A stretch of 64,000 nucleotides of DNA from an uncultured Spirochaetaceae bacterium (GCA_964524755.1 CAZGDR010000001.1:39708-103707), one strand, 5' to 3'. Positions 46,437-56,171 are shown, numbered from the stretch's first letter. The notes: generated from the sequence alone by a model not told the origin. Made by a program: numbers and translations.

Positions 46437-48638
46437 TCAGCCAACTTCTCCATTTTTATAATGCGTTACAGATAACGTCGTTCCTTGTGCATGCAAAGAT
46501 CGCCCTTCAATCTTAACAATCCCATTTTCTGTATAAAGAGGCAAGGCAAAAAACTGGTCAGCCTTTACTTGGCTACGTGATTCGGATGGAGATTCAAACC
46601 CTTCTGGAAGTATTTCAGTGCCAACAGCAAACTGATCAGCAAAAATCACTTCACACGTTGAATGAGGTTCAGCATTTGGATCACTGGCAGCTAACAACAT
46701 ACCTCGACTTTTTACCCCACGAAAATTGGCCGGTTTTAGGTTTTGCACCAATACGATATTACGATTCAACAACTCATCCTTAGTGTAGAAAGGGACAATA
46801 CTCGAAACAATGGTCGTTGGCTCGGCGGCCCCCGTATCAACTTGTATAATATAGAGTTTATCACCTTTAGGATGTTGCTCAACATCAACAATCTTACTTA
46901 CCCGTAAGGTAACTTTCTTTGCAAATATTTCAGCAACAGATTCTTGCGGTGTTAACTTTTCATTTTCCATCTGTTTTTTCTCCTCGATTCGTGACTCCTG
47001 ACTGCCCGCATAACGAGCTCGCATAGTCTCTATAATTTCATCTTCTATTTTTTTAAAAAGATAATCTGGTTTATTAATAACCTCAATTCCTGTCCATGTA
47101 CCCAATTGCTCCCACGTGGCACCGTCACTATTCAGATAGCCCAATAATTGGGTAGAGGCCGAAGGGATGTAGGGAGCAAGTAACACTCCGAGGTCTCGTA
47201 TGAGATAAATCAGTGTTTTGAGCAATGAAGCGGTAGCCTCAGGATTTTCTGTTCGTTGTTTCCATGGCTCTCCATCCTGAAAAGCTTTATTACCAATTGA
47301 AGAGAGGGCACAAATTTGTCGCAGAGCTTCTCTGAGTTCGGCCCGCTCCAACAACCCATCTATAACGGCCTCTTTTTTCAATATATTTTCAACCAAAGCA
47401 GCATCAATTTCCCCTTGGGGAACTTTTCCATCGTAAAAACGGTAGATGAAAGTAAGTGTGCGGTGTACTAGATTAGAGAGATTTCCAATTAGTTCTCCGT
47501 TTACCTTCTCCTGAAAATCCTTCCAGGTGAAAAGTACATCAGCTTTCTCGGGCCGATTATAAAACATATAAAACCGCCACATGTCAGCTGGAATACCGGT
47601 TTCTTGTACATCGTTGCCAAAAATACCGAGGCCTTTACTCTTGGAGAACTTCCCCCCTTCGTAATTGAGGTATTCACTCGAAGACATATGGTGCAACATA
47701 GTCCAAGGCTCTCCAGTCGCCAGTAATGTGGTAGGGAAAATAACAGTATGGAATGGGATATTATCCTTCCCTATAAATTGGAATAGTTCTACTTCTTCAG
47801 GATTTTGCCACCATGTACGCCACTCGGGAGTATGTGAAGCCGTGATAGAGATGTATCCGATGGGAGCATCAAACCAAACATAGAAAACCTTGTCCTCAAA
47901 TCCCTTTTTAGGGACAGGAATCCCCCATTTGAGGTCTCTGGTTATGGCCCGTTCTTTTAACCCATCCCGAATCCATGACTTAGTTGTCTGGATTGCATTC
48001 TTCGCCCAGAACCCTTCAACTGAAGCTGTATGAAGCCACTCTTCAAGGAGGGGCAATGCCTTTGGAAGATCAATATATAGATGTTTGGTTTTACGCAAAA
48101 TTGGTGTTGAATGACACACTCCACACCGAGGGTCAATCAGTTCAGTTGGATCTAGCAATGTACCACAACTATCACATTGGTCTCCCCGGGCACCGGTGGA
48201 CCCACACTTAGGACAAGTCCCTTCAACAAAACGGTCGGCTAAAAATCGCTGATCATGTTCACAATAGAGTTGTTCTATCTCTGCCTCTCGAATATATCCG
48301 GCGTCATCTACCTTTTTAAAGATATCCTGAACGATAGCGGTTTGTGTTGGAGTACTGGTTCGTCCAAAGGAATCGAACTCAATTTCAAACCATGTATAAA
48401 TATCGCGATGGATTATAAAGTAGCGATCACACAACTCACGAGGCGTGAGGCCCTCTTGTAAAGCGCGAGTTTCACTAGCCGTACCATATTCATCGGTACC
48501 GCAGATATACAAAGTTTCATATCCTTTTGAACGACAAAACCGTGCAAAACAATCGGCCGAGAGGACTTGGATGAGATTCCCTAAGTGAGGAATATTGTTA
48601 ACATATGGTAAAGCGGAGGTTATCAATCTTTTTTTCAT
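46437..48638 (-). CDS. metG: Methionine--tRNA ligase with EMAPII-like C-terminal tRNA-binding domain
   Basis: Start moved to MKKRLITSALPYVNNIPHLGN (HIGH-type motif). Zinc knuckles CPKCGS..CDSCG, KFSKSKG (KMSKS), and a C-terminal OB domain plus ~55 extra residues. Confidence 0.92.
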   Translation of the reverse strand: MKKRLITSALPYVNNIPHLGNLIQVLSADCFARFCRSKGYETLYICGTDEYGTASETRALQEGLTPRELCDRYFIIHRDIYTWFEIEFDSFGRTSTPTQTAIVQDIFKKVDDAGYIREAEIEQLYCEHDQRFLADRFVEGTCPKCGSTGARGDQCDSCGTLLDPTELIDPRCGVCHSTPILRKTKHLYIDLPKALPLLEEWLHTASVEGFWAKNAIQTTKSWIRDGLKERAITRDLKWGIPVPKKGFEDKVFYVWFDAPIGYISITASHTPEWRTWWQNPEEVELFQFIGKDNIPFHTVIFPTTLLATGEPWTMLHHMSSSEYLNYEGGKFSKSKGLGIFGNDVQETGIPADMWRFYMFYNRPEKADVLFTWKDFQEKVNGELIGNLSNLVHRTLTFIYRFYDGKVPQGEIDAALVENILKKEAVIDGLLERAELREALRQICALSSIGNKAFQDGEPWKQRTENPEATASLLKTLIYLIRDLGVLLAPYIPSASTQLLGYLNSDGATWEQLGTWTGIEVINKPDYLFKKIEDEIIETMRARYAGSQESRIEEKKQMENEKLTPQESVAEIFAKKVTLRVSKIVDVEQHPKGDKLYIIQVDTGAAEPTTIVSSIVPFYTKDELLNRNIVLVQNLKPANFRGVKSRGMLLAASDPNAEPHSTCEVIFADQFAVGTEILPEGFESPSESRSQVKADQFFALPLYTENGIVKIEGRSLHAQGTTLSVTHYKNGEVG

Positions 48639-48784
48639 GATGAACACTATACTCTTGACTGACTCTTTTTTCAATCGGATAAGCAAAACTCCTAGCATAA
48701 GGTTGCGTTTGATTGACGATATAGTCTATCTAGGCTACATTTAGAGTGTACCGGCAGAGAGCCGGTTCACAAGGAGGATCGTAA

Positions 48785-49780
48785 ATGAGTAATTCGGGCA
48801 CATCGTCCCGTAATCCATTTAACCTCAGTCCAAAGCTTATTATTGCCGCTATTGCCATAGTAGTCTTATTCATATTGATTATGAGTAGTGTATTTGTGGT
48901 AGATCAGACAGAAGAATCTGTTATATTGCGCTTCGGTAAGTTTCATAGGACTGTAGGACCTGGACTACAAGCAAAACTTCCACTGGGTATTGATAGAAAT
49001 TTTAATATCCCTACCCGTGTCGTTCAAACCATGACCTTTGGACAAGCTTCAGCTTCTCAAGATTTCAGTTCAAGATTTATGTCACAACCTTCCGGCTCGT
49101 CAGTCGGGGAGTCAATTATGTTGACCGGTGACTTGAACATCGTGGATGTCCAATGGATTATTCAGTATCGAATTGAAGATCCAGCTAAATGGTTATTTAA
49201 TGTGCAAGAGAGAGATAAAACTATTCGTGATATCAGCCAAAGTATAATTAATCAGTTGGTTGGCGATCTCCCTATCTTGGCCATTATGTCGGGCGAAAGA
49301 ACTTCAATTGAAGTTGAATCACAAGCGAAAATGCAGGCAATATTCGATTCCTATAACTTAGGAGTTCGGGTAGTCACCGTCAAATTACAGAACACGGTTC
49401 CCCCAGTGGGAGAGGTGCAGGATGCCTTTGAAGATGTTAACAAAGCTATTCAGGATATGAATCGCTTGATTAATGAAGGTAAAGAGTCCTATAACCGAGA
49501 AATTCCTCGAGCTCAAGGTGAAGCCTCACAGCTAATCCAAATTGCTGAAGGATATTCTGCAGAACGTGTCAATAATGCTAGAGGAGATGTCGCACGCTTC
49601 GCATCTGTCCTAGAACAATATGCTGTGAGTCAAGATATTACAGCACGTCGTCTCTATATCGAAACGATGGAAGATATCCTCTCACAAGCTGATGCTGGTA
49701 CCTTAACACTCATTGATAAGGAGTTAGATAACTTCCTCCCAATCAGTGATCTTACCACCATTCCAGGAGGTAAAAAATGA
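48785..49780 (+). CDS. hflK: FtsH protease modulator HflK
   Basis: N-terminal TM helix plus an SPFH/band-7 domain (VDQTEESVILRFGKFHRTVGPGL). Paired with hflC. Confidence 0.85.
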   Translation: MSNSGTSSRNPFNLSPKLIIAAIAIVVLFILIMSSVFVVDQTEESVILRFGKFHRTVGPGLQAKLPLGIDRNFNIPTRVVQTMTFGQASASQDFSSRFMSQPSGSSVGESIMLTGDLNIVDVQWIIQYRIEDPAKWLFNVQERDKTIRDISQSIINQLVGDLPILAIMSGERTSIEVESQAKMQAIFDSYNLGVRVVTVKLQNTVPPVGEVQDAFEDVNKAIQDMNRLINEGKESYNREIPRAQGEASQLIQIAEGYSAERVNNARGDVARFASVLEQYAVSQDITARRLYIETMEDILSQADAGTLTLIDKELDNFLPISDLTTIPGGKK

Positions 49781-50763
49781 AAAAACTTATTACCACATTA
49801 GTCGTCATAGTTGTTCTTTTGGTAGTTTTTCTACTCCTAGGACCTTTCTTCATCTTACAAGAAGGAGAAGTGGCGGTTGTTACCCGTTTCGGAAAAATCA
49901 TGAGTACCCACCAAGATGCGGGACTTAAGATTAAAATTCCTCTCGTCGATACCGTTGTAAAATACCCCAAGAAAATTATGTCGTGGGATGGTGATGCGCA
50001 GCGCATACCGACCAAAGAGAATCAGTTTATTTGGGTCGACACAACTGCTCGGTGGAGAATTACCGATCCAGCGCTGTTCTATCAGTCAGTTACTAGCTTA
50101 CCAAATGCTATCCTGCGTTTAAATGATGTTATCAACTCGACTATCCGAACTGTTATAAGTGAGAACTTCTTAAATGAGGCTGTCCGTAATACAAACCGGA
50201 TTAATAATATGCGCGTTGAAGAACAAGTCCAGAGTGTTGAAAGCGTTGAAGATGCTGAACAACTCAGGAATCTTACCAAAACCGAGATTGAACAGGAATC
50301 AATTGCGATTGGACGTGAAGGCTTAAGTCAGAAAATATTGAACACAACACGTAGATTTACCGTTGAGTTTGGTATAGAAGTAATCGATATTGTCATTAGA
50401 CAGATTCGATACAGTGATGACCTCACCCAAAGTGTATACCAGCGCATGATCAAAGAACGAAATCAGATTGCTGAAGCTTATCGCTCGTATGGGCAAGGAC
50501 AGCAGGCTCGTTGGGTAGGTAAAACTGAAAATGACAAGAAGAGTATTTTGAGCCAAGCTTATGCAACATCTGAAGAAATTAAGGGTGTGGCTGATGCAAC
50601 TGCAACCAAGATTTATGCAGAAGCCTACGAAGAAGATCCTGAATTCTTTACGTTATGGAGAACTCTCGAATCGTATCGCAAGACGATTAAGAATTTGAAT
50701 AAAGTGTTCTCAACTGAAATGGAATATTTCGATATCCTATATGGACCGAAAAAATTAAACTAG
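49777..50763 (+). CDS. hflC: FtsH protease modulator HflC
   Basis: TM helix plus an SPFH domain (LQEGEVAVVTRFGK). Overlaps hflK by 4 nt. Confidence 0.85.
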   Translation: MKKLITTLVVIVVLLVVFLLLGPFFILQEGEVAVVTRFGKIMSTHQDAGLKIKIPLVDTVVKYPKKIMSWDGDAQRIPTKENQFIWVDTTARWRITDPALFYQSVTSLPNAILRLNDVINSTIRTVISENFLNEAVRNTNRINNMRVEEQVQSVESVEDAEQLRNLTKTEIEQESIAIGREGLSQKILNTTRRFTVEFGIEVIDIVIRQIRYSDDLTQSVYQRMIKERNQIAEAYRSYGQGQQARWVGKTENDKKSILSQAYATSEEIKGVADATATKIYAEAYEEDPEFFTLWRTLESYRKTIKNLNKVFSTEMEYFDILYGPKKLN

Positions 50764-50781
50764 TTTAATAGAATAGTAGAT

Positions 50782-50815
50782 AGCCATCATCATAGTATTG
50801 GTGATGGCTTTTTTA
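50782..50815 (+). terminator. Rho-independent terminator after hflC
   Basis: AGCCATCAtcatagtattggTGATGGCTTTTTT: an 8-bp stem followed by T6. Confidence 0.75.
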
Positions 50816-51008
50816 TGTGCTGAACATGGTGCTATAAGAGCTCTGCGGGGGGTACTGAGCCTACCTTTAGCTGCATTATCTAAAGGAAGTCGGAGGCCTC
50901 GTTCAGGATACTATAAGGTAGTAATGACGTGTTAAGAAACCTTGGGGATTTCTTCTTCAGTGATTTGCATGGGAAATTAGATTGAAGGGTCTTTCTAGTT
51001 TTCAAACC

Positions 51009-51056
51009 GCCCGGTATACTAGGTGAGAGATTACTCTCTAGATCCTCCTACCCGGC
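51009..51056 (-). terminator. Long imperfect hairpin directly after the fur-family stop codon
   Basis: On the minus strand: GCCGGGTA..CTAGAGAGtaatCTCTC..TACCGGGC, then GGTTTGAAAA. The outer stem pairs 7/8 and there is an inner 5-bp stem. The U-tract is weak. Confidence 0.35.
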
Positions 51057-51479
51057 TTATGCGGAGCAGGTAGGACATTCTCCGGTAATGTTAATTTGTA
51101 CATCATGCATATGGTAGCCGCCTGGCACCTGGATATATGGAAAATTAACACTATGTAAATCATTTACATGACCACACGCAGTACATTTGAAGTGGATATG
51201 ATTATTCATGTTGGCATCGTAGCGCATTTCATTTTTCTCGATGGCTATCCGTTGCACAATATCTTTACTACATAATAAATGTAATACGTTGTAGACTGTC
51301 GTCCTTGAGATTGAAGACATGGTATCTTTCAGGTCTCCGTAAATTTCATCGGCTGTAGGGTGGACTGGATTGTCTAAAAGATAGCGATACACTGCTACTC
51401 GGTGAGTAAGCGGCCGTACACCATGCTTTAACAAAATCTCTTTTTCATCGCTACGCTCAATTTTATCCATTCTTACCAT
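51057..51479 (-). CDS. Fur-family metalloregulator
   Basis: 140 aa with a winged-helix N-terminus (RPLTHRVAVYRYL) and two CxxC pairs (CTAC, CPTC) for structural Zn. Fur, Zur or PerR specificity cannot be assigned. Confidence 0.8.
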   Translation of the reverse strand: MVRMDKIERSDEKEILLKHGVRPLTHRVAVYRYLLDNPVHPTADEIYGDLKDTMSSISRTTVYNVLHLLCSKDIVQRIAIEKNEMRYDANMNNHIHFKCTACGHVNDLHSVNFPYIQVPGGYHMHDVQINITGECPTCSA

Positions 51480-51696
51480 GATTACACACTCCCCCTGTTA
51501 TATAGTTGTTATAGTAGCCATATTCTCTAAAGTGTCAACCTATTCCATTCAGTCGTATTATTCTATATTAGCGTTGAAGAATACCACGATTCCTGCACTT
51601 AAACAAACTAGTATATCTGAGATTGCTCAGTTCCTTCGCCAAACACCTTCTCTGTTTACCTCGAGTATACTATAGTGGAATCTAAAGGAGGTAGAT

Positions 51697-52146
51697 GTGC
51701 GAAAATTTAATTGCTATGTGTTTGCCCTATTTTTGCTCATGAACGGTATTATCCTCACCTCCTGTGTTTCCAATCGTGTTGCCGAGCAGTCACAAACAAT
51801 CCTTTATCAGGTTATCTCTGGAACAGTCATGTACCCAAATAATCTCTATTTCCCTACCCGCGTACGAATGGAAATCAACCTTACTGCTGAAAATCTTTCC
51901 ACGCAAGAACAAATCCAGCTGGTAAGCCAAAGTATACGCAATCCGCAAAGATTTCCGGTCAATTTTATCCTCCGTTATGATCCCAATGATATCATTCACT
52001 CTTTTGAATACTCTATAATCGTAAAGTTATATCGAGAACTGGAAGAAGACCCCTATCTGGTCAGTCCGGCGATTGTGCTACCAGCCCTCACCGGTGATGA
52101 AAACCTCATCATCGAATTGCACCCGTTTATGAATACTATTAGATAA
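51697..52146 (+). CDS. Lipoprotein, YbaY/YscW-like
   Basis: GTG start after GGAGG. Signal peptide with lipobox LTSC. The mature domain pattern (ISGTV..P..V..L.D.S.., RYDPNDI..YSI.V) resembles YbaY-type lipoproteins. Confidence 0.4.
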   Translation: MRKFNCYVFALFLLMNGIILTSCVSNRVAEQSQTILYQVISGTVMYPNNLYFPTRVRMEINLTAENLSTQEQIQLVSQSIRNPQRFPVNFILRYDPNDIIHSFEYSIIVKLYRELEEDPYLVSPAIVLPALTGDENLIIELHPFMNTIR

Positions 52147-52165
52147 TCAAAGAAACTCCCCTTTT

Positions 52166-52214
52166 GGTGCATAAATATACAGCAAAGGGTTGCATTTATT
52201 TTATCTTTATGCAA
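52166..52214. promoter_or_regulatory. ARG-box-like repeats upstream of argG
   Basis: TGCATAAATATACA (52168-52181) matches 11 of 14 positions of TGAATAAAAATTCA. TTGCAT-N13-ATGCAA is an inverted repeat at 52190-52214. Confidence 0.3.
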
Positions 52215-52266
52215 TATTCCCCCTATTAGGTGAGTATATATACGAAGAATAGAGTGAGGTAACACT

Positions 52267-53511
52267 ATGGGAAAAGAAAAAGTAATTTTAGCATATAGTG
52301 GTGGGCTGGACACTTCCGTCATTTTAAAATGGCTGGTAAACAAAGGATTTGATGTCGTTGCTTATGTGGCTAATGTAGGACAGGATGAAGATTTTATAGC
52401 TATCGAAAAGAAGGCCTACGCCACAGGTGCCTCTAAGGTCTATGTGGAAGACCTCCGTGAAGAACTCGTTACAGACTACATTTTCCATGCTTTGAAAGCT
52501 AATGCTGTCTATGAAGGTAAATACTTGCTTGGTACTTCTATCGCCCGCCCCATCATTGCCAAAAGACATATTGAAATAGCCCAGCAAGAAGGGACGCTCT
52601 ATGTTGCCCATGGTGCTACCGGGAAAGGCAACGACCAAGTACGCTTTGAATTTGGCTATTACGCTCTGATGCCTGAGGTGAAAATCATTTCACCTTGGAA
52701 AGATCCTGAATGGTTGAGCCAATTTGAAGGCCGATCAGATATGATTGCCTATGCGAAAAAATATGATATCCCCATAAAAGCATCGACCAAGAAACCCTAC
52801 AGTGAAGATGAAAATGTGCTACACATCAGTCATGAAGCTGGTATCTTAGAAGATCCTGCTCTACGCTGTCCTCCTGAAGTTTTTTCACATACCCTTTCAC
52901 CAAAGGATGCTCCAGATGAAGAGACTGTCTTAGCCATAGATTTTGAGGATGGTATCCCCGTAAAAGTAACTAATGAAAATGATGGAACTGTAGTTTCTGA
53001 TCCTCTAGAAATGTTCCTCTATCTAAATAAGATTGGTCATGATAATGCGGTAGGTCGAGTCGATATGGTGGAAAACAGATATATCGGCATCAAAAGCCGC
53101 GGTGTTTATGAGACCCCTGGTGGTACGATCCTCTGGTTTGCTCACCGAGATCTTGAAGGTATTTGTATGGATAAAGAGGTGATGCACCTCAGAGATATGC
53201 TGATGCCTAAATTTGCTGAGCTCATCTATAATGGATATTGGTTTAGCCCAGAGTTTGACTTTCTCTCAGCCGCTTTCAATAAGAGTCAGGAACTTATTAC
53301 TGGGACGGCTAAGGTAGCCATCTATAAGGGGAATCTTATAGGTGCGGGCGTAACAAGTCCCTATTCGCTCTATAATGAAGCCTTAGGCAGCATGGAGGTG
53401 GCAGGAGGCTACCAGCCGGTAGATTGTAAAGGATTTATCAACATTAACAGTATTCGACTACAGGCACACCATTATTGGCTGAAGGCTAAGGCTTTAGACT
53501 CAGCGACCTGA
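52267..53511 (+). CDS. argG: Argininosuccinate synthase
   Basis: [10 protein letters not shown]-loop, [13 protein letters not shown] and [18 protein letters not shown]. Confidence 0.95.
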   Translation: MGKEKVILAYSGGLDTSVILKWLVNKGFDVVAYVANVGQDEDFIAIEKKAYATGASKVYVEDLREELVTDYIFHALKANAVYEGKYLLGTSIARPIIAKRHIEIAQQEGTLYVAHGATGKGNDQVRFEFGYYALMPEVKIISPWKDPEWLSQFEGRSDMIAYAKKYDIPIKASTKKPYSEDENVLHISHEAGILEDPALRCPPEVFSHTLSPKDAPDEETVLAIDFEDGIPVKVTNENDGTVVSDPLEMFLYLNKIGHDNAVGRVDMVENRYIGIKSRGVYETPGGTILWFAHRDLEGICMDKEVMHLRDMLMPKFAELIYNGYWFSPEFDFLSAAFNKSQELITGTAKVAIYKGNLIGAGVTSPYSLYNEALGSMEVAGGYQPVDCKGFININSIRLQAHHYWLKAKALDSAT

Positions 53512-53835
53512 GAAAGATTCCTCATAGTGCTCAACCCCCATCGAAAGGATGCGAGCAATATGATTGTCGTTTAGACTATAATATATACTACGGCCTTCCT
53601 TGCGGTGTCGCACGAGGCGAGAGGCGCGTAATAATTTTAACTGTTGACTGATAGTTGATTGGTTCATATGCAGGGTTTCTGCAATTTTATTGACAGGAAG
53701 TTCCCCCTGTTCGAGGAGAAACAATATTTTCAATCGAGTAGAATCACCAAAGACTTTGAAAAAATCTGCAATATCTGCAACTTCTTCATCCAAAGGAATT
53801 GTGGCTGAAAGATTGTTCATATCCTGTGTACCCAT
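53500..53835 (-). CDS. ArsR/SmtB-family metalloregulator with alpha5 (DxHx10Hx2E) site
   Basis: HTH ([26 protein letters not shown]). C-terminal [19 protein letters not shown] gives D90, H92, H103 and E106, the SmtB/CzrA alpha5 ligand spacing. There is no alpha3 Cys motif. Confidence 0.8.
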   Translation of the reverse strand: MGTQDMNNLSATIPLDEEVADIADFFKVFGDSTRLKILFLLEQGELPVNKIAETLHMNQSTISQQLKLLRASRLVRHRKEGRSIYYSLNDNHIARILSMGVEHYEESFSGR

Positions 53836-53942
53836 GCGACAAATCTACCATATCGGTAAGGGATAAGCAATAAAGTTATTATGTTCTCAAAATTGAAAAA
53901 TTAGGCTACCATACTAGCATAACAATACTGAGGAGGATTCAG

Positions 53943-54839
53943 ATGGATAATACAAGTAATAAGCCAGTTGTTGGCTGGGTAGGAACCGGTGTAATGGGAC
54001 GCTGGATGTGCCAACACATCTTACCACTAGCCTCTCAGATGTATGTGTGTAATCGCACTAAGGCTAAAACCAAAGAGTTAGTTGCTCAAGGTGCAATTGC
54101 AGTTGACACCCCTCAGGAAGTTGCCCAGCATGCTTCAATTATATTTACCATTGTGGGACACCCTTCTGATGTAGAAGAGGTCTATTTTGGTCCTCAAGGG
54201 TTATTAAACCACGCTCAAGAAGGGTCTACTTTCGTTGATATGACTACCACAAAGCCCTCTTTGGCGCTCCGTATTTATGAGGCTGCCCAAGCAAAAGGGT
54301 GTTATAGTATTGACGCCCCTGTCTCAGGTGGTGATGTGGGCGCACGTTTAGCAAAACTCTCAATCATGGCTGGTGGAGATCAAGCAACCTACACAGCAAT
54401 GACCCCCTTCTTTGAAAAAATGAGCGCATCAAGTCGGTTACAAGGGCCTCCTGGTGCAGGACAACATACCAAAATGTGCAACCAGATTGTTATTGCCGGA
54501 ACCATGATTGGGGTCTGTGAATCTCTCCTCTACGCCCAAAAAGCGGGATTAGATGGAGAAACCCTTGTAGAAACTATCAGTAAAGGGGCAGCCGGTTGCT
54601 GGACGCTGGACAATCTTGCTCCGCGTATGCTAAAAGGTGATTTCAATCCAGGGTTTATGATTGACCATTTTATAAAAGATATGGGAATTGCTCTGGAAGA
54701 GAGTAAGCAGATGGGAATTGCCCTCCCTGGCCTCGCTTTAGTAGAACAATTATATATTTCGTTACAAGGCGCAGGTAAGGGTAAACTAGGAACCCAGGCA
54801 TTACTGCAAGCGCTTAGTAAGTTAAACGCCGTCGAATGA
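53943..54839 (+). CDS. NAD(P)-dependent beta-hydroxyacid dehydrogenase (3-hydroxyisobutyrate/tartronate-semialdehyde reductase family)
   Basis: GWVGTGVMG Rossmann motif, the DAPVSGG motif and a catalytic Lys region (GAGQHTKMCNQ). Confidence 0.75.
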   Translation: MDNTSNKPVVGWVGTGVMGRWMCQHILPLASQMYVCNRTKAKTKELVAQGAIAVDTPQEVAQHASIIFTIVGHPSDVEEVYFGPQGLLNHAQEGSTFVDMTTTKPSLALRIYEAAQAKGCYSIDAPVSGGDVGARLAKLSIMAGGDQATYTAMTPFFEKMSASSRLQGPPGAGQHTKMCNQIVIAGTMIGVCESLLYAQKAGLDGETLVETISKGAAGCWTLDNLAPRMLKGDFNPGFMIDHFIKDMGIALEESKQMGIALPGLALVEQLYISLQGAGKGKLGTQALLQALSKLNAVE

Positions 54840-54864
54840 AAAGCATCTAGAGCGAGGAGGAGTT

Positions 54865-56163
54865 ATGGAAATAAACAAAGAATTTGCGACATTGAGTCTT
54901 CCTGATATGGACCCCATCCAGGTTCCAGTAATAACCGATAGTATGGGAGAGAAATCGATTGATGTGCGTGGATTGCGTAAACAAACTGGTTATATTACCT
55001 ATGACCCCGGATTCGTGAATACGGGGAGTTGTACCAGTTCTATTTGTTATATAAACGGAGAAGAAGGTGTCCTCCGTTACCGCGGATATGATATCGAAGA
55101 TTTGGTTGAAAACTGTGACTTTGTAGAAGTGGCCTATTTGTTGATCAAGGGAGAGTTGCCTAACCCCATAGAACGTAAACGCTATGCTGAGCTGCTCAAT
55201 AAGGAATCGATGCTCCATTTTGACATGCAAAGTTTTTTCCGAGGATATCCTTTTGATGCCCACCCTATGTCGATACTCGCCGCCATGTCGGTCTCACTAT
55301 CAGCTTTTTATCCCGAAATGGACGATATAGATCCCGAAAAACAAGTTGACTTCGCTGTCACACGTTTAGTATCAAAACTGCGAACTATTACCGCATTCAC
55401 CTACCGACAAATGCAGGGTGAAGACTTTGTGAACCCCTCCTATAAATATAGTTATGGTGAAAACTTTCTCAATATGATGTTTAAGACTCCGGTCAATGAT
55501 TACCAAATTAATCCATTACATGTGAAAGCTCTTAACCAATTACTTATTCTGCACGCCGACCATGAACAGAACTGTTCAACTACAGCAGTTCGGCTCATTG
55601 CTAGCAGCGGAGCAAACTTGTATGCCTCAATATCGGCAGGAATCTGTGCTTTGTGGGGTCACAAACATGGAGGCGCTAATCAAGCCGTCATCGAAATGCT
55701 TGAGACTGCAATTGCCAATGGATGGAGTGCACAAGATATTGTAGAAATGGCTAAACAGAAAGAAAATCATTTCCTTCTCATGGGTTTTGGACACCGTGTC
55801 TATAAAACTTATGATCCTCGCTCTAAAATAGCCAAGCGGCTATCCCAGGAAGTTATGGCTCAAAACGGTAAGCCTGACCCTCTCCTCGAATTAGCTTTAG
55901 AACTGGAAGAGGTTGCTGTTAAGGATGAATATTTTCTAGAACGCAGTCTGTATCCGAATGTCGACTTTTATACTGGACTTATTTTTAGGAGAATTGGTAT
56001 CCCCACCAACATGTTTACCTGTATGTTCGCCATGGGAAGACTCCCTGGATGGATCGCCCACTGGTTGGAGTGGACCCAAGATCCATATGGTAAAATTGGC
56101 CGCCCCAGACAAGTCTATGACGGCCCTAATGCTCGTAAAGTCAAACATATAGATAAGCGTTAA
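54865..56163 (+). CDS. gltA: Citrate synthase
   Basis: LRYRGYDIEDL, ILHADHEQNCST, GFGHRVYKTYDPR and VDFYTG signatures. Confidence 0.93.
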   Translation: MEINKEFATLSLPDMDPIQVPVITDSMGEKSIDVRGLRKQTGYITYDPGFVNTGSCTSSICYINGEEGVLRYRGYDIEDLVENCDFVEVAYLLIKGELPNPIERKRYAELLNKESMLHFDMQSFFRGYPFDAHPMSILAAMSVSLSAFYPEMDDIDPEKQVDFAVTRLVSKLRTITAFTYRQMQGEDFVNPSYKYSYGENFLNMMFKTPVNDYQINPLHVKALNQLLILHADHEQNCSTTAVRLIASSGANLYASISAGICALWGHKHGGANQAVIEMLETAIANGWSAQDIVEMAKQKENHFLLMGFGHRVYKTYDPRSKIAKRLSQEVMAQNGKPDPLLELALELEEVAVKDEYFLERSLYPNVDFYTGLIFRRIGIPTNMFTCMFAMGRLPGWIAHWLEWTQDPYGKIGRPRQVYDGPNARKVKHIDKR

Positions 56164-56171
56164 CACTTACA

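Noticed and set aside
50816-51056. Whether the orphan intergenic region is SRP (4.5S) RNA, 6S RNA, tmRNA or RNase P RNA.
   Set aside because: There is no GGAAGCAGCC-type SRP domain IV motif, no tmRNA 5' GGGG..acceptor or tag ORF, and no long closing stem between the ends as in 6S RNA. It is far too short for RNase P RNA.
51478-51675. 65-aa ORF in the intergenic region between the fur-family gene and the lipoprotein gene.
   Set aside because: It has no RBS, a low-complexity I/S/T-rich sequence, and begins inside the fur start codon region. It is more likely promoter DNA for the two divergent genes.
54847-55263. 138-aa minus-strand ORF overlapping the start of citrate synthase.
   Set aside because: It is antisense to a high-confidence CDS with no recognisable domain.
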